NCBI GenBank assembly: GCA_030018435.1
Contig: JASEEY010000001.1
Location: forward strand, 83,641-147,640
Length of the DNA stretch: 64,000 nt
DNA from: Methanocellales archaeon
GTDB taxonomy: Archaea; Halobacteriota; UBA148; JAUWXC01
Direction: 5' to 3'
Below, in pieces: positions 19,776 to 28,683 of the stretch. Made by a program: the position numbers and the translations under genes. The notes under the pieces were generated by a model. That model saw only the letters and a list, made by a program, of their open reading frames with translations, was not told where the DNA came from and did no database searches. How positions within the stretch are numbered: the stretch's first letter is position 1; each line of letters begins with the position of its first letter.

Positions 19776-21280
19776 GGATGAAGGAGAATATCACTCACTG
19801 GGCGGATGTCATCGCAGCAGGTGTGCTGGAAAGAGGAAAAAAGCACGTAGTTGCAACTGGCATCACGCCCTCTGGACACATACACATTGGAAACATGAGA
19901 GAGGTGGTCATAGCGGATGCGGTGCATAGAGCACTAAAGGATATGGGCGCGGATGCGCGTGTAATATACGTAGCAGATACCTATGATCCTCTTCGCAGGA
20001 TATATCCCTTCCTTCCAGACGAGTATGCATTACATGTTGGGAGGCCCATCTCAGAGATACCGGACCCAGAGGGGTGCTGTGCGAATTATGCAGAGCATTT
20101 TCTGCGTCCTTTCCTGGGTGCATTAGAAAGACTGGGCATTGCAACAGAAGTCTACAGAGCAGACCAAATGTATAAGAGGGGAGACTATGCTGACGTCATT
20201 AAAATAGCGCTGAAGAACAGGGATAAGATTGCGCAAATACTCGACGAGGTTACCGGAAAAACAACCTCCCCGACCTGGAGTCCCTTTAATCCATTGTGCA
20301 AAGGCTGCGGCAGAATAACGATGACCACAGTTACAGGATACAAGGAAAACGAGGTGTATTACAGATGTCAGTGCGGATACGTTGGCACTGCAGATATAAC
20401 CAAAGGAGAAGGGAAACTCACGTGGAGAGTGGATTGGCCTGCGAGGTGGAAGATGCTTGGCATCACTGTAGAGCCATTCGGCAAGGATCATGCCGTTGCA
20501 GGAGGGTCTTATGATACAGGTGTGCGCATTTCCAAGGAGGTTTACGATTACGAGCCCCCATATCCCATCCCATTTGAGCACATCTTCCTCAAAGGGAAGG
20601 GCAAGATGTCATCCTCCATGGGTGTTGCTATACCAATTCAAGACATGCTTGATGTGGTTCCTCCTGAGGTATTGCGCTACCTGGTTATCAGGACTAAACC
20701 TGAGAGGCACATCGATTTTGATCCTGGGCTGACACTCTTAAACCTCATAGATGAATACGACGGAATGGGGAAGGATGACAGGTCATATGAATTATCGCAA
20801 CTTCCAACCTCGGTGTCCACGAAGGTTCCATTCCGGCACATGGTCACAATCGTGCAAATCGCCAAGGAGTTCGATCAGGTCATAGAGGTGCTCAAACGCA
20901 GTGGATACGAAATTGATAACATAAATGCAATCAAGCAGAGGGTTCTTAACGCAAGAAACTGGCTAGACAAATTTGCCCCTCCCTCGGTCAAATTCAAGGT
21001 GCAGGAACGCCTTCCTTCTACAGTTAAGGGATTATCCTCTAAACAAAAAAAGGTGTTAGCCACTCTGGCGACGCAAATCGGGCGCAAATGGACTGCAGAA
21101 GCGCTGCATGAGGAGATTTACAGAATCGCCGGGGATGTCAGCATAGACCCAAAAGAGGCTTTCAGAGCCATTTATATTGCGCTGCTCGGCACATCCTCAG
21201 GACCGAGAGCGGGTTGGTTCCTGATATCGTTGGATCCTGCATTCGTCAAGGGGAGATTTGAGCGGGTTTCCCAAGTGTAA
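19772..21280 (+). CDS. lysK: Lysyl-tRNA synthetase, class I
   Basis: PSGHIHIGNMRE is the HIGH-region motif and KMSSSMG is the KMSKS-like motif. The protein is about 500 aa and has Zn-binding Cys clusters. Confidence 0.9.
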   Translation: MRMKENITHWADVIAAGVLERGKKHVVATGITPSGHIHIGNMREVVIADAVHRALKDMGADARVIYVADTYDPLRRIYPFLPDEYALHVGRPISEIPDPEGCCANYAEHFLRPFLGALERLGIATEVYRADQMYKRGDYADVIKIALKNRDKIAQILDEVTGKTTSPTWSPFNPLCKGCGRITMTTVTGYKENEVYYRCQCGYVGTADITKGEGKLTWRVDWPARWKMLGITVEPFGKDHAVAGGSYDTGVRISKEVYDYEPPYPIPFEHIFLKGKGKMSSSMGVAIPIQDMLDVVPPEVLRYLVIRTKPERHIDFDPGLTLLNLIDEYDGMGKDDRSYELSQLPTSVSTKVPFRHMVTIVQIAKEFDQVIEVLKRSGYEIDNINAIKQRVLNARNWLDKFAPPSVKFKVQERLPSTVKGLSSKQKKVLATLATQIGRKWTAEALHEEIYRIAGDVSIDPKEAFRAIYIALLGTSSGPRAGWFLISLDPAFVKGRFERVSQV

Positions 21281-21512
21281 ACTGTTGGCTGAGATACAAT
21301 AAAGCGAATAGCGCTACTCTGGAAAAGAATAGTTTTATAATCGTTGTAATATGATACAGGTGTGCAAGGGTGGTGTAGGACCTGTATAATCCAGACGACA
21401 TAATTAAAGAAAGACTAAGAAAGTATCTGGAGAGGGATGAGACTGGGATACGAAAAGCAGTCCTCAAACTTTTCCTGCAAGACGAAGGCTACACCACAGA
21501 AAATATATACAA

Positions 21513-21684
21513 TAGGCTGATGGAGCTGGGATTTGACGTGAGTTATAGGGGCATCTCTGCCATGGTGGGTTTGATGAACACCAGATTGGGCATCCTTTCA
21601 ATCGATGTAACTGGAGACCACAATATATATTCTCTAAAAGAAGGGTACAAGCAACTCGTCAAATCCATTTTGGAAAACTATTAG
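21513..21684 (+). CDS. Small wHTH-like protein (3' part; conserved-looking reading frame extends upstream to 21379 without a canonical start)
   Basis: The frame is open from 21379 (DLYNPDDIIKERLRKYLERDETGIRKAVLKLF…ENY*). The first in-frame ATG is at 21513. It lies between lysK and uppS. Confidence 0.3.
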
Positions 21685-21687
21685 GTT

Positions 21688-22644
21688 GTGTATGCGTTGA
21701 AGCAGATCATACACTCTATCTATGATGGATACGAACGCCTACTTGCCAAGGAGGTTATGGAAGGTCCTATTCCGTCGCATATCGCAATTATTCAGGATGG
21801 AAATAGGAGATATGCCGCAAAACTTGGTGAACCTCTACATCATGGTCATATATCTGGGGCTCACACTACTGAGAAGGTCTTGGAGTGGTGCATAGAGATT
21901 GGAGTTAGGCAACTGACCGTTTATACTTTTTCCACCGAAAATTTTCACAGGTCGTATACCGAGAAGGTACAACTCTACAAACTGTTTAAACAGAAATTTG
22001 AAGAAATGTGCACCGATGATAGAGTCCATAATCACAGGGCAAGGGTAAGAGCTGTGGGCAATGTAGAACTATTTCCATGGTGGGTGAGAAAGGCGATCAA
22101 AAAGGTTGAAGAGGTTACTAAGGATTATGATGAATTTTACCTTAACGTAGCGCTGGCGTATGGTGGGCGGCAGGAGATTGTGGACGTGGCAAGGGTAATA
22201 GCCAGAAAAGTTGCTGCTGGAGAATTGAAGGCTGAGAACATCGATGAGAAAACCATATCTGCCCACCTATACCAGGGCAATCCCATCAACGTAGATTTAA
22301 TCATACGCACGGGCGGAGAAAGACGCATGTCTAATTTCCTTCCCTGGCAGGCGAGCGGCAATGAATGCGCTGCCTATTTCTGCGCACCGTACTGGCCGGA
22401 GTTCAGGAAAATCGATTTCCTCAGGGCCATCAGGACATACCAGATGAGAGAACAGGAAAGGCGGCACAACACCGTGCTGAGGGTCGTCAAACTGTTAAGC
22501 GAATGCGGACGTGCTGAGGTTGGAGAGGTAATTGCCATTTCCAAGCGCATACTGAATACGACGAGAGACGATATAATGATGATTTTAAGGTCACTTCCCA
22601 AATCTTCTCTGCCGCCTCTGGAAGTCCCTGATCGCCCTCAATAA
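21688..22644 (+). CDS. uppS: cis-prenyltransferase catalytic subunit (UppS/DHDDS-like) with a C-terminal extension
   Basis: Catalytic motifs IIQDGNRRYA and ERRMSNFLPWQ are present. The C-terminal RxG motif is absent. A ~70-aa extension follows. GTG start. Confidence 0.8.
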   Translation: MYALKQIIHSIYDGYERLLAKEVMEGPIPSHIAIIQDGNRRYAAKLGEPLHHGHISGAHTTEKVLEWCIEIGVRQLTVYTFSTENFHRSYTEKVQLYKLFKQKFEEMCTDDRVHNHRARVRAVGNVELFPWWVRKAIKKVEEVTKDYDEFYLNVALAYGGRQEIVDVARVIARKVAAGELKAENIDEKTISAHLYQGNPINVDLIIRTGGERRMSNFLPWQASGNECAAYFCAPYWPEFRKIDFLRAIRTYQMREQERRHNTVLRVVKLLSECGRAEVGEVIAISKRILNTTRDDIMMILRSLPKSSLPPLEVPDRPQ

Positions 22645-23244
22645 GTCCACTTTTCTAAAACCAGACCAGTTAACGTCTGTGAAATAGAGCTCTGAGTAGA
22701 CGGATTGCCATATCAGGAAATCCGTTAGTCGAACTCCTCCGGTTTTGATGATCAGATCCGGCGCCGATTTAAATATTAAATGTGATTCTATCAGCGCTTC
22801 ATTGATGTCGTCGGGTGTCATCTCGCCGCTTTCAACCTCTTGCGCAATTTTCTTTATCGCTTGCGTAAGTTCATATCTCCCGCCATAGCCAATTGAGATT
22901 TCAAGCGATGCACCTGGTTTATCGTGCCTCATTCTCACTTTTTCATTCCCGGTATAAATCGTGATTTCGGCTGGTAGACCGTCCATCATCTTAATCAATC
23001 GTTCCCTCAATTTTGAGCAGAACTGCCTGCCAATTTCCCCAGCATCAATAACGCTGACGTGCATCGTGATCCGCATAATTCCCATCTCGGCACACCAGGA
23101 GGTGATTGCCCTGAGCTTTTTAATATCATCATCCGTTTGCAAATCGTCATCTGCGATAACAAGAAGTATGTGTTGTGGAAGCTCTTCTTTCTTAATCTGG
23201 CTGATAATTCTCCGTTCGTATGGGTCTAGAATAGCACCACTCAT
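22591..23244 (-). CDS. cis-prenyltransferase family, non-catalytic NgBR/Nus1-like subunit
   Basis: UppS fold in which the DGNRR catalytic motif is replaced (LLVIADDDLQTDD). It ends in RRFGK, an RxG motif. It is convergent with uppS and overlaps its 3' end. The track ORF extends to 23346; MSGAIL is the likely start. Confidence 0.65.
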   Translation of the reverse strand: MSGAILDPYERRIISQIKKEELPQHILLVIADDDLQTDDDIKKLRAITSWCAEMGIMRITMHVSVIDAGEIGRQFCSKLRERLIKMMDGLPAEITIYTGNEKVRMRHDKPGASLEISIGYGGRYELTQAIKKIAQEVESGEMTPDDINEALIESHLIFKSAPDLIIKTGGVRLTDFLIWQSVYSELYFTDVNWSGFRKVDLLRAIRDFQRRQRRFGK

Positions 23245-23284
23245 CTTGACTAAATATAAGTAAGTAAAGAGATAAAGTGTTTTT

Positions 23285-24550
23285 GTGGGAGGATACTTGG
23301 AAAAAGAAAAACACGAGGGGTTGCTACTAGTCTTATTTGGTTGCATAGCCCTAATGCTGCCCTTTTTTAGGGAATATCAGTTAACGCTCATCGTTTTAGC
23401 CCTGACTGTTGGTGTACTCATCAAACGCAAACGTCCATCAAGATCATTACATCTCTGTTTTGCCGTTTTGACGTTGGCAATACTATCATGGGTGTTGCAC
23501 CTGCCAATGTATATCGTTGGCGCATCGATTGCCATCAGCGTTTTCGGCTCTTTCGCATCCAGCACCGTTGAACAGGCACATCACATAAAGACGATTCCGG
23601 GCAGCATCTTGTTTCTCATTTTCGGCATCATATCTGCATTTCTCGTTGGCAGTTGGACCGCCGCATTCTCAGATCCCGGAGAGACGTTCTACCAATTCAT
23701 GTTCTTCTTGGCAACAATAGGCGCAGTGACAGGAGCACTACTCAAATCCATTCAACATACAACTGACAATTTAACCATACCCTTTGGATCAGCGATGGCG
23801 ATGTGGTTATTTGCAGGATTTGAATACTGGGTTTCTCCCCCCCAGGTCATGCTTGCGCTTGCGCTCACACTCACGATCGGATATATATCATACATGGTAA
23901 ACACGGCAGATATCACAGGAGTACTAAGTGGAACGTTGCTCGGCGTCCTGATCATCATTTTCGGAAGCGTTAAATGGTTCACAATCCTTCTGGCATTTTT
24001 CGTGCTAGGAGGGGTGTTCACAAGATATAAGTACGGATATAAGGAGTCGTTGGGAATTGCGCAGGCAGAAGGCGGGGCGCGTGGGTATAAAAACGTGTTC
24101 GGCAACGGGCTGGTTGCCCTGATTTTGGCCGTCGCTGAGGGTGTGTGGGGCTGGCACGTGCTGTTAATCGCTTATCTGGGAGCTGTGGCCACTACTACAG
24201 GAGACACGCTTGCCAGTGAGATCGGCGAAACGTCAAAGACGCAACCAAGGATGATCACGTCCTTTGAGAGGGTCAAGCCTGGCACCAGCGGCGCCATATC
24301 GCCTCTTGGCGAGGTCTCCGCGCTGGTAGGCACAATCCTCATAGGAGCGCTCGCCGTATTGTTGGGGATGACGAAATTGCAGATGATCGTCATCGCCCCC
24401 ATTCTCGGGGGGTTCATAGGCGTTCACGTTGATAGCCTGCTTGGCGCAACCCTAGAAAACAAAGGATATCTGACGAATCACTCCGTCAATCTTCTTGCAA
24501 CGGCGTCTGGGGCGATTGTATCTATGGGTTTGTATTATGCGCTTGTTTGA
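23285..24550 (+). CDS. DUF92/TMEM19/VTE6-like integral membrane protein (putative polyprenyl-phosphate kinase family)
   Basis: Polytopic, with conserved DUF92 (COG1836) blocks (GGARGYKNVFGNGL, ATTTGDTLASEIG). Confidence 0.6.
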   Translation: MGGYLEKEKHEGLLLVLFGCIALMLPFFREYQLTLIVLALTVGVLIKRKRPSRSLHLCFAVLTLAILSWVLHLPMYIVGASIAISVFGSFASSTVEQAHHIKTIPGSILFLIFGIISAFLVGSWTAAFSDPGETFYQFMFFLATIGAVTGALLKSIQHTTDNLTIPFGSAMAMWLFAGFEYWVSPPQVMLALALTLTIGYISYMVNTADITGVLSGTLLGVLIIIFGSVKWFTILLAFFVLGGVFTRYKYGYKESLGIAQAEGGARGYKNVFGNGLVALILAVAEGVWGWHVLLIAYLGAVATTTGDTLASEIGETSKTQPRMITSFERVKPGTSGAISPLGEVSALVGTILIGALAVLLGMTKLQMIVIAPILGGFIGVHVDSLLGATLENKGYLTNHSVNLLATASGAIVSMGLYYALV

Positions 24551-24568
24551 TTGTAGTTACCTTCATAG

Positions 24569-26320
24569 CTACTGATAATAATACTCTCCTTTCGCCTTCT
24601 GCTCCCTATCTAGGCGCGAATCGGGTTTGTTCACCCTGGGTCTCTTCGTATCCTCGTCTCTCCTGAATGTTATGTCTGCGCTTTTGAGAAACCTATTCAT
24701 GCCATCGCGCATATCGAACGGTCCTAAGGCTTCTCCTCTTTTCCCCGGCTCGCCCTCAAAAACCATCAACCTATCGCTGAGTAAATCGATCATGTAAATA
24801 TCATGGTCCACCACAAGGATGCTCACTTCATTGTTCTCGGCAAATCGCCGCATCATTCTCGTCGCCAGCGTTCTCTGCTCCACATCTAAATGAGCAGAAG
24901 GCTCATCTAATATATACAGATCTGCCTCCCTGCTCAGGCATGTAGCAATCGCAACCCTCTGCAGCTCACCACCGCTAAGTTCTGCAACACTTTGATCTAA
25001 TAGGCGCTCCAGTTGCAATGGCACGATTACCTCTGTATTGTAATGACTTGTGCCAAGCTCCTTTGTAGCAGAACGCAACAACGTTTCAACCGTTACATCT
25101 ACACCTCTGAGATACTGCGGCTTATAGGAGATTTTCACCTTGAGATCGATGCTACCAACATCCGGCATTATGACACCAGCCAATACCTTTGCAAACGTGC
25201 TTTTCCCGATTGCATTTGGGCCCACAATGCCCAAAACCTCACCTTTCAAAATCTCACCGCCTTTCGCATCGAGCACAAAACCGGGGTATTTTTTCGTGAA
25301 CGCATCAAATTTTACAAGAGGGGGAATGCCCTTCTGCACCCTGGGTGCATGTACCTCGAATTTTATCTCTCTTGGGCGAATCCTGATGTTCTCCTCTGGC
25401 AGAAAACCTCGGAGATATTCATTTATGCCTACTCTGATGCCTTTTGGATGGGTAATGACACCATACGCTCCTGGAGTGCCGTATGCGATGTGCACCGCAT
25501 CCGCCAGCAAATCCAGAATGGCGAGATCGTGCTCCACGATTACTATGGTGCGCTTCTCAGCAAGCTCTTGAATGAGCCTAGCTGCCTTAATGCGCTGGTG
25601 GATGTCCAGATAGGGCGTGATCTCGTCAAAGAAGTAGAAGTCAGCATCCCTCGCAGCGCATGCTACAATGGCAAGCCTCTGCAATTCTCCGCCACTTAAC
25701 TCACTGAGACGTCTGTCCAACACATGCTCTATATCAAGTCTGGTGAGCAATTCGTTCAGCATACCACGTTCATCGACGCCCTTAAGAAATTCGCTGACCT
25801 TGCTGCTCCTGCTCGCAAGCAAATCTATATCTTGCGGTTTTTGTACCGCCAGGAGTTTGTCCTTAGAGAGTTTTCGCATGTATTCCTGCAACTCTGAACC
25901 CCTGTAGCGCCCTATAATCTCATCCCAGGATGGGTTTTCTTCGCCAAGATTTGGTTTGAGCGCACCAGCCAGTATTCTGACGGCAGTACTTTTTCCAATG
26001 CCATTTGGACCCAGTATGCCAGTGACTTTTCCTTTTTGCGGAATTGGCAAGCCGTATAGCGCAAAGCCATTTGCGCCATATCTGTGCGTTTCCATTTCTC
26101 TAAGCTCTTCTGGCAATCCGATGATCGTTATCGCGCCGAATGGGCACTTCTTGATGCAAATGCCGCACCCAACACATAGTTCCTCGGATATGATGGGTTT
26201 TCCGTCATCCCCGATAATTACGGTCGCGTCTCCTGTCCTCACCCTGGGACAGAATCGCTGGCATTCATATGTGCATTTCTTAGGCTGGCACCTGTCCCGG
26301 TTCAAAACAGCAATTCTCAT
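24569..26320 (-). CDS. abcE1: ABCE1 ribosome recycling factor (RNase L inhibitor homolog)
   Basis: An N-terminal 4Fe-4S ferredoxin domain (CxxCxxC…CP) is followed by two ABC ATPase cassettes; 583 aa. Confidence 0.9.
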   Translation of the reverse strand: MRIAVLNRDRCQPKKCTYECQRFCPRVRTGDATVIIGDDGKPIISEELCVGCGICIKKCPFGAITIIGLPEELREMETHRYGANGFALYGLPIPQKGKVTGILGPNGIGKSTAVRILAGALKPNLGEENPSWDEIIGRYRGSELQEYMRKLSKDKLLAVQKPQDIDLLASRSSKVSEFLKGVDERGMLNELLTRLDIEHVLDRRLSELSGGELQRLAIVACAARDADFYFFDEITPYLDIHQRIKAARLIQELAEKRTIVIVEHDLAILDLLADAVHIAYGTPGAYGVITHPKGIRVGINEYLRGFLPEENIRIRPREIKFEVHAPRVQKGIPPLVKFDAFTKKYPGFVLDAKGGEILKGEVLGIVGPNAIGKSTFAKVLAGVIMPDVGSIDLKVKISYKPQYLRGVDVTVETLLRSATKELGTSHYNTEVIVPLQLERLLDQSVAELSGGELQRVAIATCLSREADLYILDEPSAHLDVEQRTLATRMMRRFAENNEVSILVVDHDIYMIDLLSDRLMVFEGEPGKRGEALGPFDMRDGMNRFLKSADITFRRDEDTKRPRVNKPDSRLDREQKAKGEYYYQ

Positions 26321-26326
26321 AGTCGT

Positions 26327-26680
26327 TCACTTCAGATATTTGCAGGTAAGGAGAAAAGTCCAGCTTACAAACCAAAAAGCCAGGGTCATAAACCCAATAT
26401 AGAGCCAATCCTTCGCCCCCAGCTCTTCCGCGCGTACGCTAACCAGCGGAAATACGTATTTTTGTATGAATATGACGAAAACAAGTATTATCAGTCCAAA
26501 ACCGGCCCTGGGCTGCACTCCACCAATGCCATTGCCAGCGAGATAAAACGATATGAAACCTCCGATAATACCGAAGATTCCAGGTATGATCGTCTTCTTG
26601 ATGCCATCCACATATTCCTTTTTTCGCTCTTCCCCGCTCTTCTCTGGGATTCTCATACTTGGGTTCATGCTTGGCAACAT
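26327..26680 (-). CDS. Small hypothetical membrane protein
   Basis: 117 aa with three hydrophobic helices. Co-oriented and immediately upstream of abcE1. Confidence 0.4.
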   Translation of the reverse strand: MLPSMNPSMRIPEKSGEERKKEYVDGIKKTIIPGIFGIIGGFISFYLAGNGIGGVQPRAGFGLIILVFVIFIQKYVFPLVSVRAEELGAKDWLYIGFMTLAFWFVSWTFLLTCKYLK

Positions 26681-26727
26681 ATATCACCAACACTTATGTT
26701 AATGTTTGCGCTATTTATACAGTGCAC

Positions 26728-28683
26728 ATGAAAGAGCAGATGACAAGCGTGGATGTGGCAGCCGTCGTGGCGGAATTGCAACGCCTCATCGACGCAAAGC
26801 TGAACAAGGCATATCAGCATGGAGATGAGATACGATTGAGGTTACACTCCAAGAGCGAACGCTATGACCTCGTCATAGAGGCGGGCAAGCGAATTCATCT
26901 GACAAAATACCCTCGCTCTGGTCCAAAGATCGCTTCTAGTTTCTCGATGCTGCTGAGAAAGCATCTGACGGGCGGACGAGTTGCGGCGATAGAGCAATAC
27001 GATTTTGATAGAATCGTCGAGATTCACATCCAACGCGGTGATGCAAAGAGGGTACTCGTAGCCGAATTGTTCTCAAAAGGAAACGTCGTGCTGCTGGATG
27101 AAAACAGGAAGATAATCCTGCCGCTAAAATCGATGAGTTTTCGCGATAGGAAAATCAAGCGGGGCGAGCAGTACGAGTATCCACCATCCCAGATGAATCC
27201 GATGGAGATCAATAAAGAAGAGCTGCGCACCTTATTCGATAAATCTGAAAAGGACGTCGTCAGGACGCTTGCCTCTGGACTGAATATGGGCGGAATATAT
27301 GCAGAGGAAGTATGCACCAGGACCGGTATTGAAAAGAGCGTTCCGGCGAAGAGCCTGGATCGCAAGCAGTTTGAATCGGTTTATACCACGTTGCATACGC
27401 TATTCGAGCCGATTAAATCTGGTGCACTGAAACCGCACATAGTCGTTGCGGAAGAAATGGTTGACGTGCTCCCGTTTGAGTTAAGGCCATACGAGACGTA
27501 TGAAAGAAGATATTTTGACACGTTTAACGACGCATTGGACGAATTTTTCTCGGTAAAGGAGATAAAGAAGGTAGAAGAGGAGGGGCGGGAGATCAAAGAG
27601 GTGCAACTGGACACCATAAAGCGGACGCTGAAACAGCAGGAAGAAGCACTACAACGTTTTAGACAGAAAGAGAGGGAGTGCATTCAGAAGGCCGAACGCC
27701 TTTATGCCCTGTACCAGCGCATCGACAAAGTTCTCCGCAACATTAAAGAAGCGAGAGAGAAGGACGTTTCATGGGACCAGATTGCCGCCATGAAAGGAGT
27801 CCTGAGCGTTGACCCCAGCAAAGGAGAAGTGGTGGTAGATGCTAATGGAATCCTAATCGCATTGGATGTTAATTTGAATATCTCGCAGAATGCTGAGAGG
27901 TATTATCAGCGCGCTAAGGAATATAAGAAGAAGTTGGAGGGAGCGCAAAAAGCGCTGGAGAAGAGCAAAAAGAGACTCGAAGAGGTTGAAGCCCTGAGAG
28001 TCGAGGTCGCATACGAAAAAGCGCCGCAGCGGAGGGTTAGGCAGAGAAAGCACTGGTATGACAAATTCAGATGGTTCTTTTCGTCCGATGGTCTTCTTGT
28101 GGTGGGCGGGCGAGATGCCGACACGAATGAGGAAATTGTCAAGAAATACATGACGTCTGGAGACGTATTTTTCCATGCAGACGTGCATGGTGCCCCCGTC
28201 CTAATCGTCAAAGCTGAAGGCAAAGACGTACCAGAAACTACACTTAAAGAGACAGCACAGTTCGCAATTTCATATTCAAGTATCTGGAAGGCCAGAGCTT
28301 ATGAAGGAAAATGCTACTGGGTTAGGCCGGAACAAGTTTCAAAGACCCCTCCGTCGGGGGAATATCTGCCAAAGGGGAGTTTTGTGATCAGGGGCAGGCG
28401 AAATTATATGGATGCTTTCGTAGGGATAACAATTGGTATAGAGATAAATGATGAGACCAGAGTCGTTAGCGGACCTCCCAGCGCAATCGAGAAAAGGGCA
28501 AAATATCTTGTGGAGATAGAACCGGGTGACAAAACGCAGAACGAGGTGGCAAAGGAGATGTTGAAGATGTTTCTTTTAAGGGCATCAGCAGAGGATAGGC
28601 GCTTGATCAAGCAGATCGCCTCGCCAGACAAAATTATGCCATTTCTGCCTCCAGGCAAGTCAAGGATGAAGGTGAGATCGTGA
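26728..28683 (+). CDS. NFACT-family protein (archaeal Rqc2/FbpA homolog, ribosome quality control)
   Basis: NFACT-N, a coiled-coil region and NFACT-R/C domains (…WFFSSDGLLVVGGRDADTNEEIV…). Start chosen at MKEQMTSVDV; the track ORF begins at 26659. Confidence 0.75.
   Translation: MKEQMTSVDVAAVVAELQRLIDAKLNKAYQHGDEIRLRLHSKSERYDLVIEAGKRIHLTKYPRSGPKIASSFSMLLRKHLTGGRVAAIEQYDFDRIVEIHIQRGDAKRVLVAELFSKGNVVLLDENRKIILPLKSMSFRDRKIKRGEQYEYPPSQMNPMEINKEELRTLFDKSEKDVVRTLASGLNMGGIYAEEVCTRTGIEKSVPAKSLDRKQFESVYTTLHTLFEPIKSGALKPHIVVAEEMVDVLPFELRPYETYERRYFDTFNDALDEFFSVKEIKKVEEEGREIKEVQLDTIKRTLKQQEEALQRFRQKERECIQKAERLYALYQRIDKVLRNIKEAREKDVSWDQIAAMKGVLSVDPSKGEVVVDANGILIALDVNLNISQNAERYYQRAKEYKKKLEGAQKALEKSKKRLEEVEALRVEVAYEKAPQRRVRQRKHWYDKFRWFFSSDGLLVVGGRDADTNEEIVKKYMTSGDVFFHADVHGAPVLIVKAEGKDVPETTLKETAQFAISYSSIWKARAYEGKCYWVRPEQVSKTPPSGEYLPKGSFVIRGRRNYMDAFVGITIGIEINDETRVVSGPPSAIEKRAKYLVEIEPGDKTQNEVAKEMLKMFLLRASAEDRRLIKQIASPDKIMPFLPPGKSRMKVRS

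Noticed and set aside
25013-26402. Several plus-strand ORFs of 79 to 228 aa (25013..25699, 25140..25571, 25668..25907, 25956..26402) inside the abcE1 locus.
   Set aside because: They lie entirely antisense within the well-supported ABCE1 coding sequence and have low-complexity, Ser/Pro/Cys-rich composition. They are ORF-finder artefacts.
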